Assembly (NCBI GenBank): GCA_038087875.1
Contig: CM075991.1
Span: 11,100,001 to 11,164,000 of the forward strand
Direction: 5' to 3'
DNA length: 64,000 nucleotides
Source: Malacoraja senta
Taxonomy: Eukaryota
Below are positions 1 to 11,499 of the stretch, one piece after another. The translations under genes were made by a program, and so were the position numbers. Under the pieces are notes generated by a model. It was given only the letters and a program-made list of their open reading frames with translations, ran no database searches and was not told the DNA's origin. Position 1 is the first letter of the stretch. The number at the start of each line of letters is the position of its first letter.

Positions 1-815
1 TATCATTCTCTCTCAGTCCCATTCTTCTGCCTTCGCCCCATAACCCCTGACACCTTTACTAATCCAGAATCGGTGAATCTCCATTTAAAAAATATCCATT
101 GACTTGGCCCTCACAGCCGTCTGTGGCAATGAATTCCGCAGATTCACCACCCCTGTGTGAATGTTGTGCACATGTTTCCCTTTCTTCTCCTGTACTGCAC
201 AACCCAACATTTGTTGTCATAGGGTGGAAGCAGAGAGTATGTGTGTGTCAGAGATGTTTTACATACGCGATATATTTCCATTATCTGCAATCAGAGGCCA
301 CCACTGTAATCGCCCCCGCACTTCACCACCCCCCCCCCCCCTACCCCTTCTTTGCAGGCACCATACAAAGGGGCGACCGTCCCCGACTGCCTCGCACGTA
401 CTTCCATCCCCACCAGCAACCATTCTGCTTTGGCTAACATTCTCTTATAAAGCACACCATCCCCCTATGGTTTGACAAAAAGTTTCGAACTGAAATAATT
501 CTCTCTCCGCAGATGCCGCCCGAGCCTTTACCTGTTAAAATCGGAATGTTCTGTCTATATTTCAGATGACCTATACTTCATAATTTTTAGGAGCAGTATT
601 AGGCTGCTCGGCCCATCAAGTCTATTCCGCCATTCAATTATGACAGATCTATCTTTCTCTCCCTCAACCCCATTCACCTGCCTTCTCCCCATTACCCCTA
701 ACACCCGTACTAAAGATAGTTTGTTTTATACTTTACAGGAAGTTAGTAATCTGTTTCTAACCCCGGCACTGATTTGTTTCCAGAGGTGATAATTTCCTTT
801 CCCTTTCTGTTGCAG

Positions 816-1714
816 TTAACTTGGTGGCGATCGTCATCCTGTCCCGGGGAAAATGCGGACTCTCCAAATGTATTACTCGCTATCTGGTTGCCATGGCTGT
901 GGCCGATGTAATGGTGGTGATCGTCGAAGTCGTACTGAAACGGATTAACAACATTTATTTGCCGGTAAATATTTTGTTCATCGCTCCAGTCTGTGCCATG
1001 AAACTAGTTTTAAAACACGTAGCCCTGGATTGCTCTGTCTGGTTCACTGTCGCTTTTACCTTTGATCGTTTTGTGGCCATTTCCTCTCCAAACCTCAGAC
1101 CAAGGTATTGTACCACAAGGACAGCAAGTGTGGTTATAGCAAGCGCGACGGCAGTGGCCTGTTTGAGGGACATCCCTCATTATTTTATGTATGAACCCAG
1201 ATATATTATTAACAACATCCCGTTTTTCTGCGTTGAAACCGCTGCCTACTATACTTCGCCTCTGTGGGCGGCTTACGAGTGGTTCGACAGTATCTTAACC
1301 CCTTTGGTACCAATCTTCCTCATCCTTCTATTCAACGCCCTTACCGTGAAACATATCATAAAGTCCAATAAAATCCGTAGGGCGCTCATGAATAAAGTGG
1401 ATGAACGCAATGATTCTGAGAGCGAAAACCGTAAGAAGTCCATGATTTTGCTTTTTACTCTGTCTGCCAATTTCATCCTTCTCTGGGTAACATATGTTGT
1501 ACATTCCTTAAACTGGCGGGTAAAAAACTATAACTACACAGACAGATATTACACCAACCCGATATACATCAACCAGCAAACAGGTTACATGTTGCAACTA
1601 CTGAGCTCCTGCACCAACACGTGTATCTATGGACTGACGCAGAGGATGTTCAGACAGGAGCTGAAAAATGGAGTGAAATATCTGGTTACACTGAATGGGA
1701 AACTCTGTAAATAG
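816..1714 (+). CDS. GPR139/GPR142-like class A GPCR, array copy 1, exon 2 (exon 1 lies upstream of the window)
   Basis: Acceptor ttctgttgcag|TTAAC at 815/816; open to TAG at 1714. Hydrophobic TM segments with AVAD (TM2), FTFDRF (DRY variant) and NTCIY (NPxxY variant). Bases 1-815 match the intron of copies 3 and 4. Confidence 0.9.
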
Positions 1715-2869
1715 GAAGCTACGGACATAAAGCCGTCCCGGTGTTGTAGTGTCTCTTCCTGCTAATCGGATTCTATTCTTCAGAACTGGAAGATGGGAGA
1801 TGAAACGGATCTAATAGTGGATTAACCATACACATTGGTAGAAGAAACCAATGAATTGGTACAGCCCCTCGCATTAGATTTGATATTAAAGTAACTCCTC
1901 TTATTTGACTAAATCAGAAGCAGAGAATAGAGAATGAATAAATAGGCAGTTTTCTAGTAAACAGAAGGAACTCACATCAATCATTTGCAAGAATACCTGA
2001 CTGATTTGGAGTAATTATGAACACTGAGTTTAGAAAATGTGTCATGGTTTTAAACTTGACCATTTCCATTGTAATTCATTTGAGATAAGATTATGCAGAA
2101 GTGGGCTGTAAATAGTCAATTGCAAGATAAGCTATGAGGGTTTTTCAAATAGTGAGGATAGTGAAGTTCATTCAAAGCAGAGTTGGAGTCGTGGAAAGCA
2201 GCCACATCTAGATCTCCATAGATGCAAAGAAATGGATCAAAATTATGGGGATTACTTCACACACTGAGTACCTCACATAGGAGAAGCTGGAGTGGATAGA
2301 ATGTGCAGAAGTGAAGGTAGAAAGGGAATTCAGAGAGCGGACAGGGTACATTGTTGTGGCTTTCATTGTAAATCTGTCTCACGTACAAGGTTTTGTTCCA
2401 CTGGTGGCAGGGGGAGATAAGAAAGGATAGGATGGTTCCTATCGGAAACCGAAGACCACTCAGGATTGGTGGAATGCGTATCAATGTGCATTCTGGATGA
2501 ATCTTCATTGGAGGTAGTCAATGGAAAATGAATAATTTGGGGGGCACATGAATAGAGGGGGCACATTAATGGTCAAGCATTTTTAAAAGTGCAAAGGTTA
2601 CCCGGTCAATTTTAATTCATTTTATGTTCATAAGGAAGCCTGGGATTATATGTCCCAAATCCTAAATATAATTTTTGAATGTTATCTAATCCAAAACTGA
2701 GTGCTGAAAGTCTGCTGACGTTGCACTTGTACTTGGGATTGGACAATGGTAGACTGAATGTTTACAGTCACGAATATCACACGTGGACATATTACAACCT
2801 TGATTCACCCTCGTTGTAATAGTTAGAGAGCCACAGTTTACAAAGCGATAAAAGTATATTAAGGGCACA

Positions 2870-3590
2870 AAGGAAAGAGATGTGGAGGTGGAGGGCGAGA
2901 GGGTGGCAGAGAGGGATTACGAACGGTGAGAAGGGTCAGTGGGAAAGAGATACAGATAGAAATGTAAAGAAGATAGACAGGTGGGGGAGGAGGAGGCGGT
3001 GGAGGAGAAGGGGACATAGGGAAGAGAGAGGTAGAGAAAGAGATAGGGAAAGGGAGAGAGGGATAAAGGAGGGAAAAGAGAGAGAAAGTGATAGAATAGA
3101 GGGGTGTGACAAAGGGGAGACAGATGGATACATAGAGAGAGTGAATAGACAATAGACGATAGGCAATAGGTGCAGGAGTAGGCCATTCGGCCGTTCGAGC
3201 CACACCGCCATTCAATGTGATCATGGCTGATCATCCCCAATCAGTACCCCATTCCCGCCTTCTCCCCATATCCCCCAAAAAGGGGAGAGTGAGGCAGAAA
3301 GAGAAAGGGAGAAAAATTGGAGAGAGGGGAAGAGAGGTGGTGAAAGAGATGGGAGAGAGATGGAAGAGAGGAGGGAAGAAGAGAGAGAGGGAAGGAGGTA
3401 GAGAGAAAGGAGACAGGGAACGAGGGCGAGGGGCAAGACTGAGAAGAGATACACGTGTGGAGAGACAGGGAGGAAGAGAGAGACAGAGAGAGGGAGATGG
3501 GGGGAGAGAGGAATAGAGAAAGAACAATACACAGAAAGAGGTAGTGAAAGAAAGAGATGGAGATATAGAGTGACAGGGGAGAACAGAGTG
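2870..3590. repeat. GA-rich polypurine low-complexity tract (paralog at about 11590-12210)
   Basis: Almost only G/A on the + strand; part of a block (2806-3857) duplicated at 11528-12470. Confidence 0.85.
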
Positions 3591-3860
3591 AAGCTTCAGT
3601 TGAAATGTCCACAAGAGTGAATGAAAAGACGATGTTCAAGCAATCTCATAATTTACTGAAGGGACTCAGGAAGCCAAACCACACTGTGGAAGACGTTAAA
3701 GGAGATGCGGTGATACAGGGGAGTGCAAACTTACCGGGGGCTCTTCTTTAATTTAGTAGGGATACACAGACCAATATTCATAGGAGCAGGCCATTGAGCT
3801 CAAGATATCTGTATCTACAACGATGCCAACCAATACCGTGTATATACATGTGCCTGTACA

Positions 3861-4360
3861 TGGTTCACTGTCGCTTTTACCTTTGATCGTGTTGTGGCCA
3901 TTTCTCTACAAACTTCAGACCAAGGTATTGTACCACAAGGACAGCAAGTGTGGTTATAGCAAGCGCGACGGCACTGGCCTGTTTGAGGACCGTGAAACAT
4001 ATCATAAGGTCCATTAAAATCCGTAGGGCGCTCATGAGTAACGTTGATGAAGGCAATGATTCTGAGAGCGAGAACCGTAAGAAGTCCATGATTTTGCTCT
4101 TTACTCTGTTTGCCAATTTCATCCTCCTCTGGACACCATATTTGATACATTCCATAAACTGGCAAGTGACAAACTGCAATTACGCAGACAAGTATTACAC
4201 CAACCCGATATTCATCAACCAGCAAACAGGGTTCATGTTGCAACTACTGAGCTCCTGCACCAACACTTGTATCTATGGACTGACACAGAGGAAATTCAGA
4301 CAGGAGCTGAAAAATGGGGTGAAATATCTGGTTACACTGAATGCGAAACTCGGCAAATAG
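3861..4360 (+). pseudogene. GPR139-like copy 2, truncated pseudogene
   Basis: Homology starts mid-TM3 (WFTVAFTFDR) with no promoter or exon 1. A 1-nt deletion near 3903 shifts the frame. An in-frame 174-nt (58-codon) deletion joins LACLR to TVKHII, removing ECL2 and TM5. Confidence 0.9.
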
Positions 4361-4678
4361 GTTGGCAATCTGTTATATCTGTAGGTTTGCCTTCATCGAA
4401 CTCTTCTGTACCTGTGGGATAATGGCTTGAAACAAGCTTGAGAAGGGATAGACAAACTGGAACAAAATGATACATAGACAAACTGGAACAAAAATTGAAT
4501 TTCTTGTCTCAGTTCCTACCCCTAATTTATATAATATATTAACCATGTTGGTTAAAAAAAAAATTTAATCAGTGTATGAACAAATTCAATGAAGGTGCGG
4601 TAAAGGGGAAGGAATATAAAATAACATACTTTGGTTATTTGTATGTTTTTGGAGTATTTAGCAATGAATACTGACAAC

Positions 4679-5135
4679 ATCTAACTCTCTCTTGAAAGTA
4701 TCCTGAGAAGTGCCCTCCACCGCTCTCTGAGGCAGAGAATTCCACAGACTCACAACTTCCTGTGAGAAAAAGTATTTCTCATCTCCGTTCTAAATGTCTT
4801 ACCCCTTATTCTTAAACTGTGGTCCCTGGATTCTGGACTCCCCCAACATGGCGAATAAGTTCCCTGCCTCTAGCATGTCCAAGCCCTTAATAATCTCATA
4901 TGTTTCAATAAGTCCCCTCTCATCATTCTAAATTCCAGAGTACACACGCCCAGCCGCTCCATTCTCTCAACATATGACAGTTCCGCCATCCCGCGAATTA
5001 ACCTCGTCAACCTCTGCTGCACTCCCTCAATAGCAAGAATGTCCTTCCTCAAATTTGGAGACCAAAACTGCACACAATACTCCAGGTGTGGTCTTACAAG
5101 GGCCCTGTACAACCGCAGAAGAACCTCTTTGCTCC
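4679..5135 (-). mobile_element. CR1-clade LINE ORF2 3' fragment (paralog at about 8370-8890)
   Basis: Minus-strand translation LVRPHLEYCVQFWSP...[10 protein letters not shown]...RGDL is the typical CR1 ORF2 C-terminal region. Confidence 0.85.
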
Positions 5136-5904
5136 TATACTTATAACTTTTCTCTTATGACTCTCTATTGAGTCCACCAATAGACATGCGACAAAAAGAC
5201 AATTGTGAATAAAAGTGAAGTTGTCAACATTCGTCCAACAAGAGATCAACGTCGCTCCGTGTGTTACCTTCTGATATGAATAAACTTTGAGCATTTGTGT
5301 GCATTCTACAATCATATTTTCTGGATTGTCTTCAAAACGGTCAGCGCCGCCCTTCAGGTAACTGCTGTCTGTTTTAGGAGCAGACTTGGGCCATTCGACT
5401 CTTCACGTCTACTCCGCCATTCAATCATGGCTGATCTATCGCTCCCCCCTAACCCCATTCTCCTGCCTTCGCCCCAGAACCTCTGACGCCCGTACTCATC
5501 AAGAATCTATCTATCTCTGCCTTAAAAATATCCACTGACTTGGCCTCCTCAGCCTTCTGTGGCAAATAATTCCACTGATTCTGGTAGCTCTGCGAATATG
5601 CTTACAGAGACGATTTGTCTGCAAATCAGATGAAAAATCCCCAGACTTCTTAATGTGGCAACCTTTTGGGGATTTATATGGAAAAATTGTGTTTTCTGAA
5701 AAAAATACAAAACAACTTTAAAATAGCCTGTAAAGCATCTTCTGCGGTTGGTTCATTAACTCAGGTTATTTAATTACATATAACAGAGTGCACTCCAACT
5801 AAGTGTCCCAGCAGACCATCCCTTTACATATAAGGGAGGTCTCGTGTAACCAAACTGACACCTTGCAGACATCGCCTAATCGGCAACTGTCCTTGACGCA
5901 TAAC

Positions 5905-7803
5905 ATGGGCTATCCGGTCATCTTTGTGTTTGAAAGTATCTACTATCCTATTCTTGCAGCAGTCGGCATCACAGGTAAGGAATGGAACCAGTCACTGTGC
6001 ATGATATTGTGAAGGTTCCTGAGTTCATTTGGTCTAGGAGCAGAATTAAGCAATTCGACCCATCAAGTCTACTCTGCCATTCAATCATGGTTGATGTATC
6101 ATTCTCTCTCAGTCCCATTCTTCTGCCTTCGCCCCATAACCCCTGACACCTTTACTAATCCAGAATCGGTGAATCTCCATTTTAAAAATATCCATTGACT
6201 TGGCCCTCACAGCCGTCTGTGGCAATGAATTCCACAGATTCACCACCCTTGTGTGAATGCTGTGCACATGTTTCCCTTTCTTCTCTTGTACTGCACAACC
6301 CAACATTTATTGTCATAGGGTGGAAGCAGAGAGTATGTGTGTGTCAGAGATGTTTTACAAACGCGATATATTTCCATTATCTGCAATAAGAGGCCACCAC
6401 TGTACTCGCACCCTCACTTCACCCCCCCTCCCCCTTCTTTACACGCAGCATACAAAGGGGCGACCGTCCCGGACTGCCTCGCACATATTTCAATCCCCAC
6501 CAGCAACCATTCTGCTTTGGCTGACATTCTCTTATAAAGCACATCACCCCTATGTTTTGACAAAAAGTTTCGAACTGAAATATTTCTTTCAGCGCAGATG
6601 CTGCCCGAGCCATTACCTGTTAATATCGGCATGTTCTGTCTATATTTCAGATGACCTATACTTCATAATTTTTAGGAGCAATATTAGGCTGCTCGGCCCA
6701 TCAAGTCTATTCCGCCATTCAATTATGACAGATCTAGCTCTCTCTCTCTCAACCCCATTCACCTGCCTTCTCCCCATTACCCCTAACACCCGTACTAAAG
6801 ATAGTTTGTGTTATACTTTACAGGAAGTTAGTAATCTGTTTCTGACCCCGGCACTGATTTGTTTTCAGAGGCAGGAGATAATTTCCTTTCCCTTTCTGTT
6901 GCAGTTAACTTGGTGGCGATCGTCATCCTGTCCCGGGGAAAATGCGGACTCTCCAAATGTATTACACGCTATCTGGTTTCCATGGCTGTGGCCGATGTAA
7001 TGGTGGTGATCGTCGAAGTCATACTGAAGCGGATTAACAACATTTATTTGCCGATAAATATTTTGTTCATCACTCCAGTGTGTGCCATGAAACTAGTCTT
7101 AAAACACGCAGCCCTGGATTGCTCTGTCTGGTTCACTGTCGCTTTTACCTTTGATCGTCTTGTGGCCATTTCCTCTCCAAACCTCAGACCAAGGTATTGT
7201 ACCACAAGGACAGCAAGTGTGGTTATAGCAAGCGCGACGGCACTGGCCTGTTTGAGGAGCATCCCATATTATTTTATGTATGAACCCAGATATATAATTA
7301 ACAACATCCCGTATTTCTGCGTTGAAACCGCTGCCTACTATACCTCGCCTTTCTGGGTGGGCATTGAGTGGTTCGACAGTATCTTAAACCCTTTCGTTCC
7401 AATCTTCCTCATCCTTCTGTTCAACGCCCTGACCGTGAAACATATCATAAGGTCCAATAAAATCCGTAGGGCGCTCATGAGTAACGTTGATGAAGGCAAG
7501 GATTCTGAGAGCGAGAACCGCAAGAAGTCCATGATTTTGCTCTTTACTCTGTCTGCCAATTTCATCCTCCTCTGGACACCATATTTTATACATTCCTTAA
7601 ACTGGCAAATGATAAACTACAATTACGCAGACAAGTATTACACCAACCCGATATTCATCAACCAGCAAACAGGATTCATGTTGCAACTACTGAGCTCCTG
7701 CACGAACACTTGTATCTATGGACTGACACAGAGGAAGTTCAGGCAGGAGCTGAAAAATGGGGTGAAATATCTGGTTACACTGAATGGGAAACTCTGCAAA
7801 TAG
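5905..7803 (+). CDS. GPR139-like GPCR copy 3, intact; join(5905..5974,6905..7803), 322 aa
   Basis: Exon 1 MGYPVIFVFESIYYPILAAVGIT ends ACAG|gtaag (phase 1). Exon 2 starts after tgcag and reads (V)NLVAIVILSRGKCGLS...GKLCK*. Total 969 nt with no stops. Confidence 0.92.
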
Positions 7804-8109
7804 GTTGGCAATCGAACTCTTCTGTACCTGTGGGATAATGGCTTGAAACAAGCTTGAGAAGGGATTAAATACATAGACAAACAGGAACAAAAATAGAATT
7901 TCTTTTCTCACTTCCTAGCCCTAATGTAATTGATACATTAACCATGTTGGTTAAATTATTTTTTTAAATCAGTAAATCAACAAATTCAATGAGGGTGCGG
8001 TAAAGGGGAGGGATTATAAAATAACATACTTCGGTTATTTGTATGATTTTGGAGTATTTAGCAATGAATACTGACAACATTATTTCCCCCCGTCATTATT
8101 GGTGATAGG

Positions 8110-8248
8110 AGGGTGGGAGATTGCAACCTTTACATAGTCCGCCCTGTTTCGACCAATGCAATCAACCCGGCGTGCACAATCAAATAAGAACAAATAGAAC
8201 AAGTTGTCCCTACAACTTTAGGCTGCGCAAGCCATACGCAAGAAGAAG
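8110..8248 (+). mobile_element. Short retroelement 3' end with (GAA)n tail; second copy at about 55995-56135
   Basis: Absent from the paralogous flank at about 16070; bounded by an imperfect duplication attggtgatag / attggggatat. Confidence 0.65.
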
Positions 8249-9579
8249 ATTGGGGATATGCTAATTTTACTAGTCTGAGATTAGATTATGCTGCAGTTGA
8301 TAGGAAATAAGTATTTAAATGTAAAATGATGAAGGTTTCATTCTAATCATTTATGTGATCATTGATCATCCATAATCAGTACCCCCGTTCCTGCCCTCCC
8401 CATATCCCCTGACTCCGCTTTCTTTAAGAGCCCTATCTAACTCTCTCTTGAAAGTGTCCTGAGAACCGGCCTCCACCGCCCTTTGAGGCAGAGAACTCCA
8501 CAGACTCACAACGCTCTTCGAGAACAAGTATTTCCTCATCTAAATTTTAAATGTCTTACCCCTTATTCTTAAACTGTGGTCCCTGGATTCTGTACTCCCC
8601 CAACATCGGGAATATGTTCCCGCCTCTAGCGTGTCAGAGCCCTTAATAATCTCATATGTTTCAATAAGACCCCTCTCATCGTTCTAAACTCCAGAGTATA
8701 CATGCCCAGCCGCTCCATACATATGACAGTTCCGCCATCCCGTGAATTAACCTCGTCAACCTACGCTGCACTCCCTCAATAGCAAGAATGTCCTTCCTCA
8801 AATTTGGAGACCAAAACTGCACACAAAACTCCAGGTGTGGTCTTATAAGGGCCCTGTACAACCGCAGAAGGACCTCTTTGCTCCTATACTTATAACTCTT
8901 CTCTTATGACTCTCTATTGAGTCCACCAATAGTCATGCGGCAAAAAGACAATTGTGAATAAAAGTGAAGTTGCCAACATTCGTCCAACAAGAGATCAACG
9001 TCGCTCCGTGTGTTACCTTCTGATATGAATAAACTTTGAACATTTGTGTGCATTCTACAATCATATTTTCTGACTCTTCAAGTCTACTCCGCCATTCAAT
9101 CATGGCTGATCTATCGCTCCCCCCTAACCCCATTCTCCTGCCTTCGCCCCAGAACCTCTGACGCCCGTACTCATCAAGAATCTATCTATCTCTGCCTTAC
9201 AAATATCCACTGACTTGGCCTCCTCAGCCTTCTGTGGCAAATAATTCCACTGATTCTGGTAGCTCTGCGAATATGCTTACAGAGACGATTTGTCTGCAAA
9301 TCAGATTAAAAATCCCCAGACCTCTTAATGTGGCAGCCTTGTGGGGATTTATTTGGAAAAATTGTGTTTTCTGAAAAAAATACAAAACAACTTTAAAATA
9401 GCCTGTAAAGCATCTTCTGCGGTTGGTTCATTAACTCAGGTTATTTAATTACATATAACAGAGTGCACTCCAACTAAGTGTCCCAGCAGACCATCCCTTT
9501 ACATATAAGGGAGGTCTCGTGTAACCAAACTGACACCTTGCAGACATCGGCTAATGGGCAACTGTCCTTGACGCATAAA

Positions 9580-11499
9580 ATGGGCTATCCGGTCATCTTT
9601 GTGTTTGAAAGTATCTACTATCCTATTCTTGCAGCAGTCGGCATCACAGGTAAGGAATGGAACCAGTCACTGTGCATGATATTGTGAAGGTTCCTGAGTT
9701 CATTTGGTCTAGGAGCAGAATTAAACAATTCGACCCATCAAGTCTACTCTGCCATTCAATCATGGTTGATCTATCATTCTCTCTCAGTCCCATTCTTCTG
9801 CCTTCGCCCCATAACCCCTGACACCTTTACTAATCCAGAATCGGTGAATCTCCATTTTTAAAATATCCATTCACTTGGCCCTCACATCCGTCTGTGGCAA
9901 TGAATTCCACAGATTCACCACCCCTGTGTGAATGTTGTGCACATGTTTCCCTTTCTTCTCCTGTACTGCACAACCCAACATTTATTGTCATAGGGTGGAA
10001 ACAGAGAGTATGTGTGTGTGTGTGTCAGAGATGTTTTGCAAGCGCGATATATTTCCATTTTCTGCAATAAGAGGCCACCACTGAACTCGCCCCCGCACTT
10101 CACCCCCCCCCCCCCCCCCCCCGCCCCTTCCTTGCAGGCAGCATACAAAGGAGCGACCGTCCCCGACTGCCTCGCACATATTTCCATCCCCATCAGCAAC
10201 CATTCTGCTTTGGCCGACATTCTCTTATACAAGCACATCATCCCCCTATGTTATGACAAAAAGTTTCGAACTGAAATATTTCTCTCTCCGCAGATGCTGC
10301 CCGAGCCTTTACCTGTTAATATCGGCATGTTCTGTCTATATTTCAGATGACCTATACTTCATGAATTTTAGGAGCAGTATTAGGCTGCTCGGCCCATCAA
10401 GTCTATTCCGCTATTCAATTATGACAGATCTATCTTTCTCTCTCTCAACCTCATTCACCTGCCTTCTCACCATTACCCCTAACACCCGTACTAAAGATAG
10501 TTTGTTTTATACTTTACAGGAAGTTAGTAATCTGTTTCTGACCCCGGCACTGATTTGTTTCCAGAGAAAGGTGATAATTTCCTTTCCCTTTCTGTTGCAG
10601 TTAACTTGGTGGCGATCGTCATCCTGTCCCGGGGGAAATGCGGACTCTCCAAATGTATTACACGCTATCTGGTTGCCATGGCTGTGGCCGATGTAATGGT
10701 GGTGATCGTCGAAGTCATACTGAAGCGGATTAACAACATTTATTTGCCGATAAATATTTTGTTCATCACTCCAGTCTGTGCCATGAAACTTGTCTTAAAA
10801 CACGCAGCCCTGGATTGCTCTGTCTGGTTCACTGTCGCTTTTACCTTTGATCGTCTTGTGGCCATTTCCTCTCCAAACCTCAGACCAAGGTATTGTACCA
10901 CAAGGACAGCAAGTGTGGTTATAGCAAGCGCGACGGCACTGGCCTGTTTGAGGAGCATCCCTTATTATTTTATCTATGAACCCGGATATATAATTAACAA
11001 CATCCCGTACTTCTGCGTTTTAACCGCTGAATACTATACCTTGCCTTTCTGGGTGGGCATTGAGTGGTTCGACAGTATCTTAAACCCTTTCGCACCAATA
11101 TTCCTCATCCTTCTGTTCAACGCCTTTACCGTCAAACATATCATAAGGTCCAATAAAATCCGTAGGGCGCTCATGAGTAACGTTGATGAAGGCAATGATA
11201 CTGAGAGCGAGAACCGTAAGAAGTCCATGATTTTGCTCTTTACTCTGTCTGCTAATTTCATCCTCCTCTGGACACCATATTTTATACATTCCTTAAACTG
11301 GCAAATGACAAACTACAATTACACAGACAAGTATTATACCAACCCGATATTCATCAACCAGCAAACAGGGTTCATGTTGCAACTACTGAGCTCCTGCACC
11401 AACACTTGTATCTATGGACTGACACAGAGGAAGTTCAGACAGGAGCTGAAAAATGGGGTGAAATATCTGGTTACCCTGAATGGGAAACTCTGCAAATAG
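9580..11499 (+). CDS. GPR139-like GPCR copy 4, intact; join(9580..9649,10601..11499), 322 aa
   Basis: Same two-exon GT-AG structure as copy 3, with 12 amino-acid differences by manual comparison. Confidence 0.92.

Noticed and set aside
2859..3639. Multiple overlapping ORFs rich in S/L/P or E/R/G (also 11604-12277 and 19273-20130)
   Set aside because: Low-complexity purine or G tracts lack stop codons by composition.
6257..7000. 247-aa ORF and the 314-aa ORF-track starts (MFSEAGD, MFPEKGD)
   Set aside because: These read through intron sequence from non-ATG starts. The true N-terminus comes from the spliced exon 1, and the frame is broken in paralogs.
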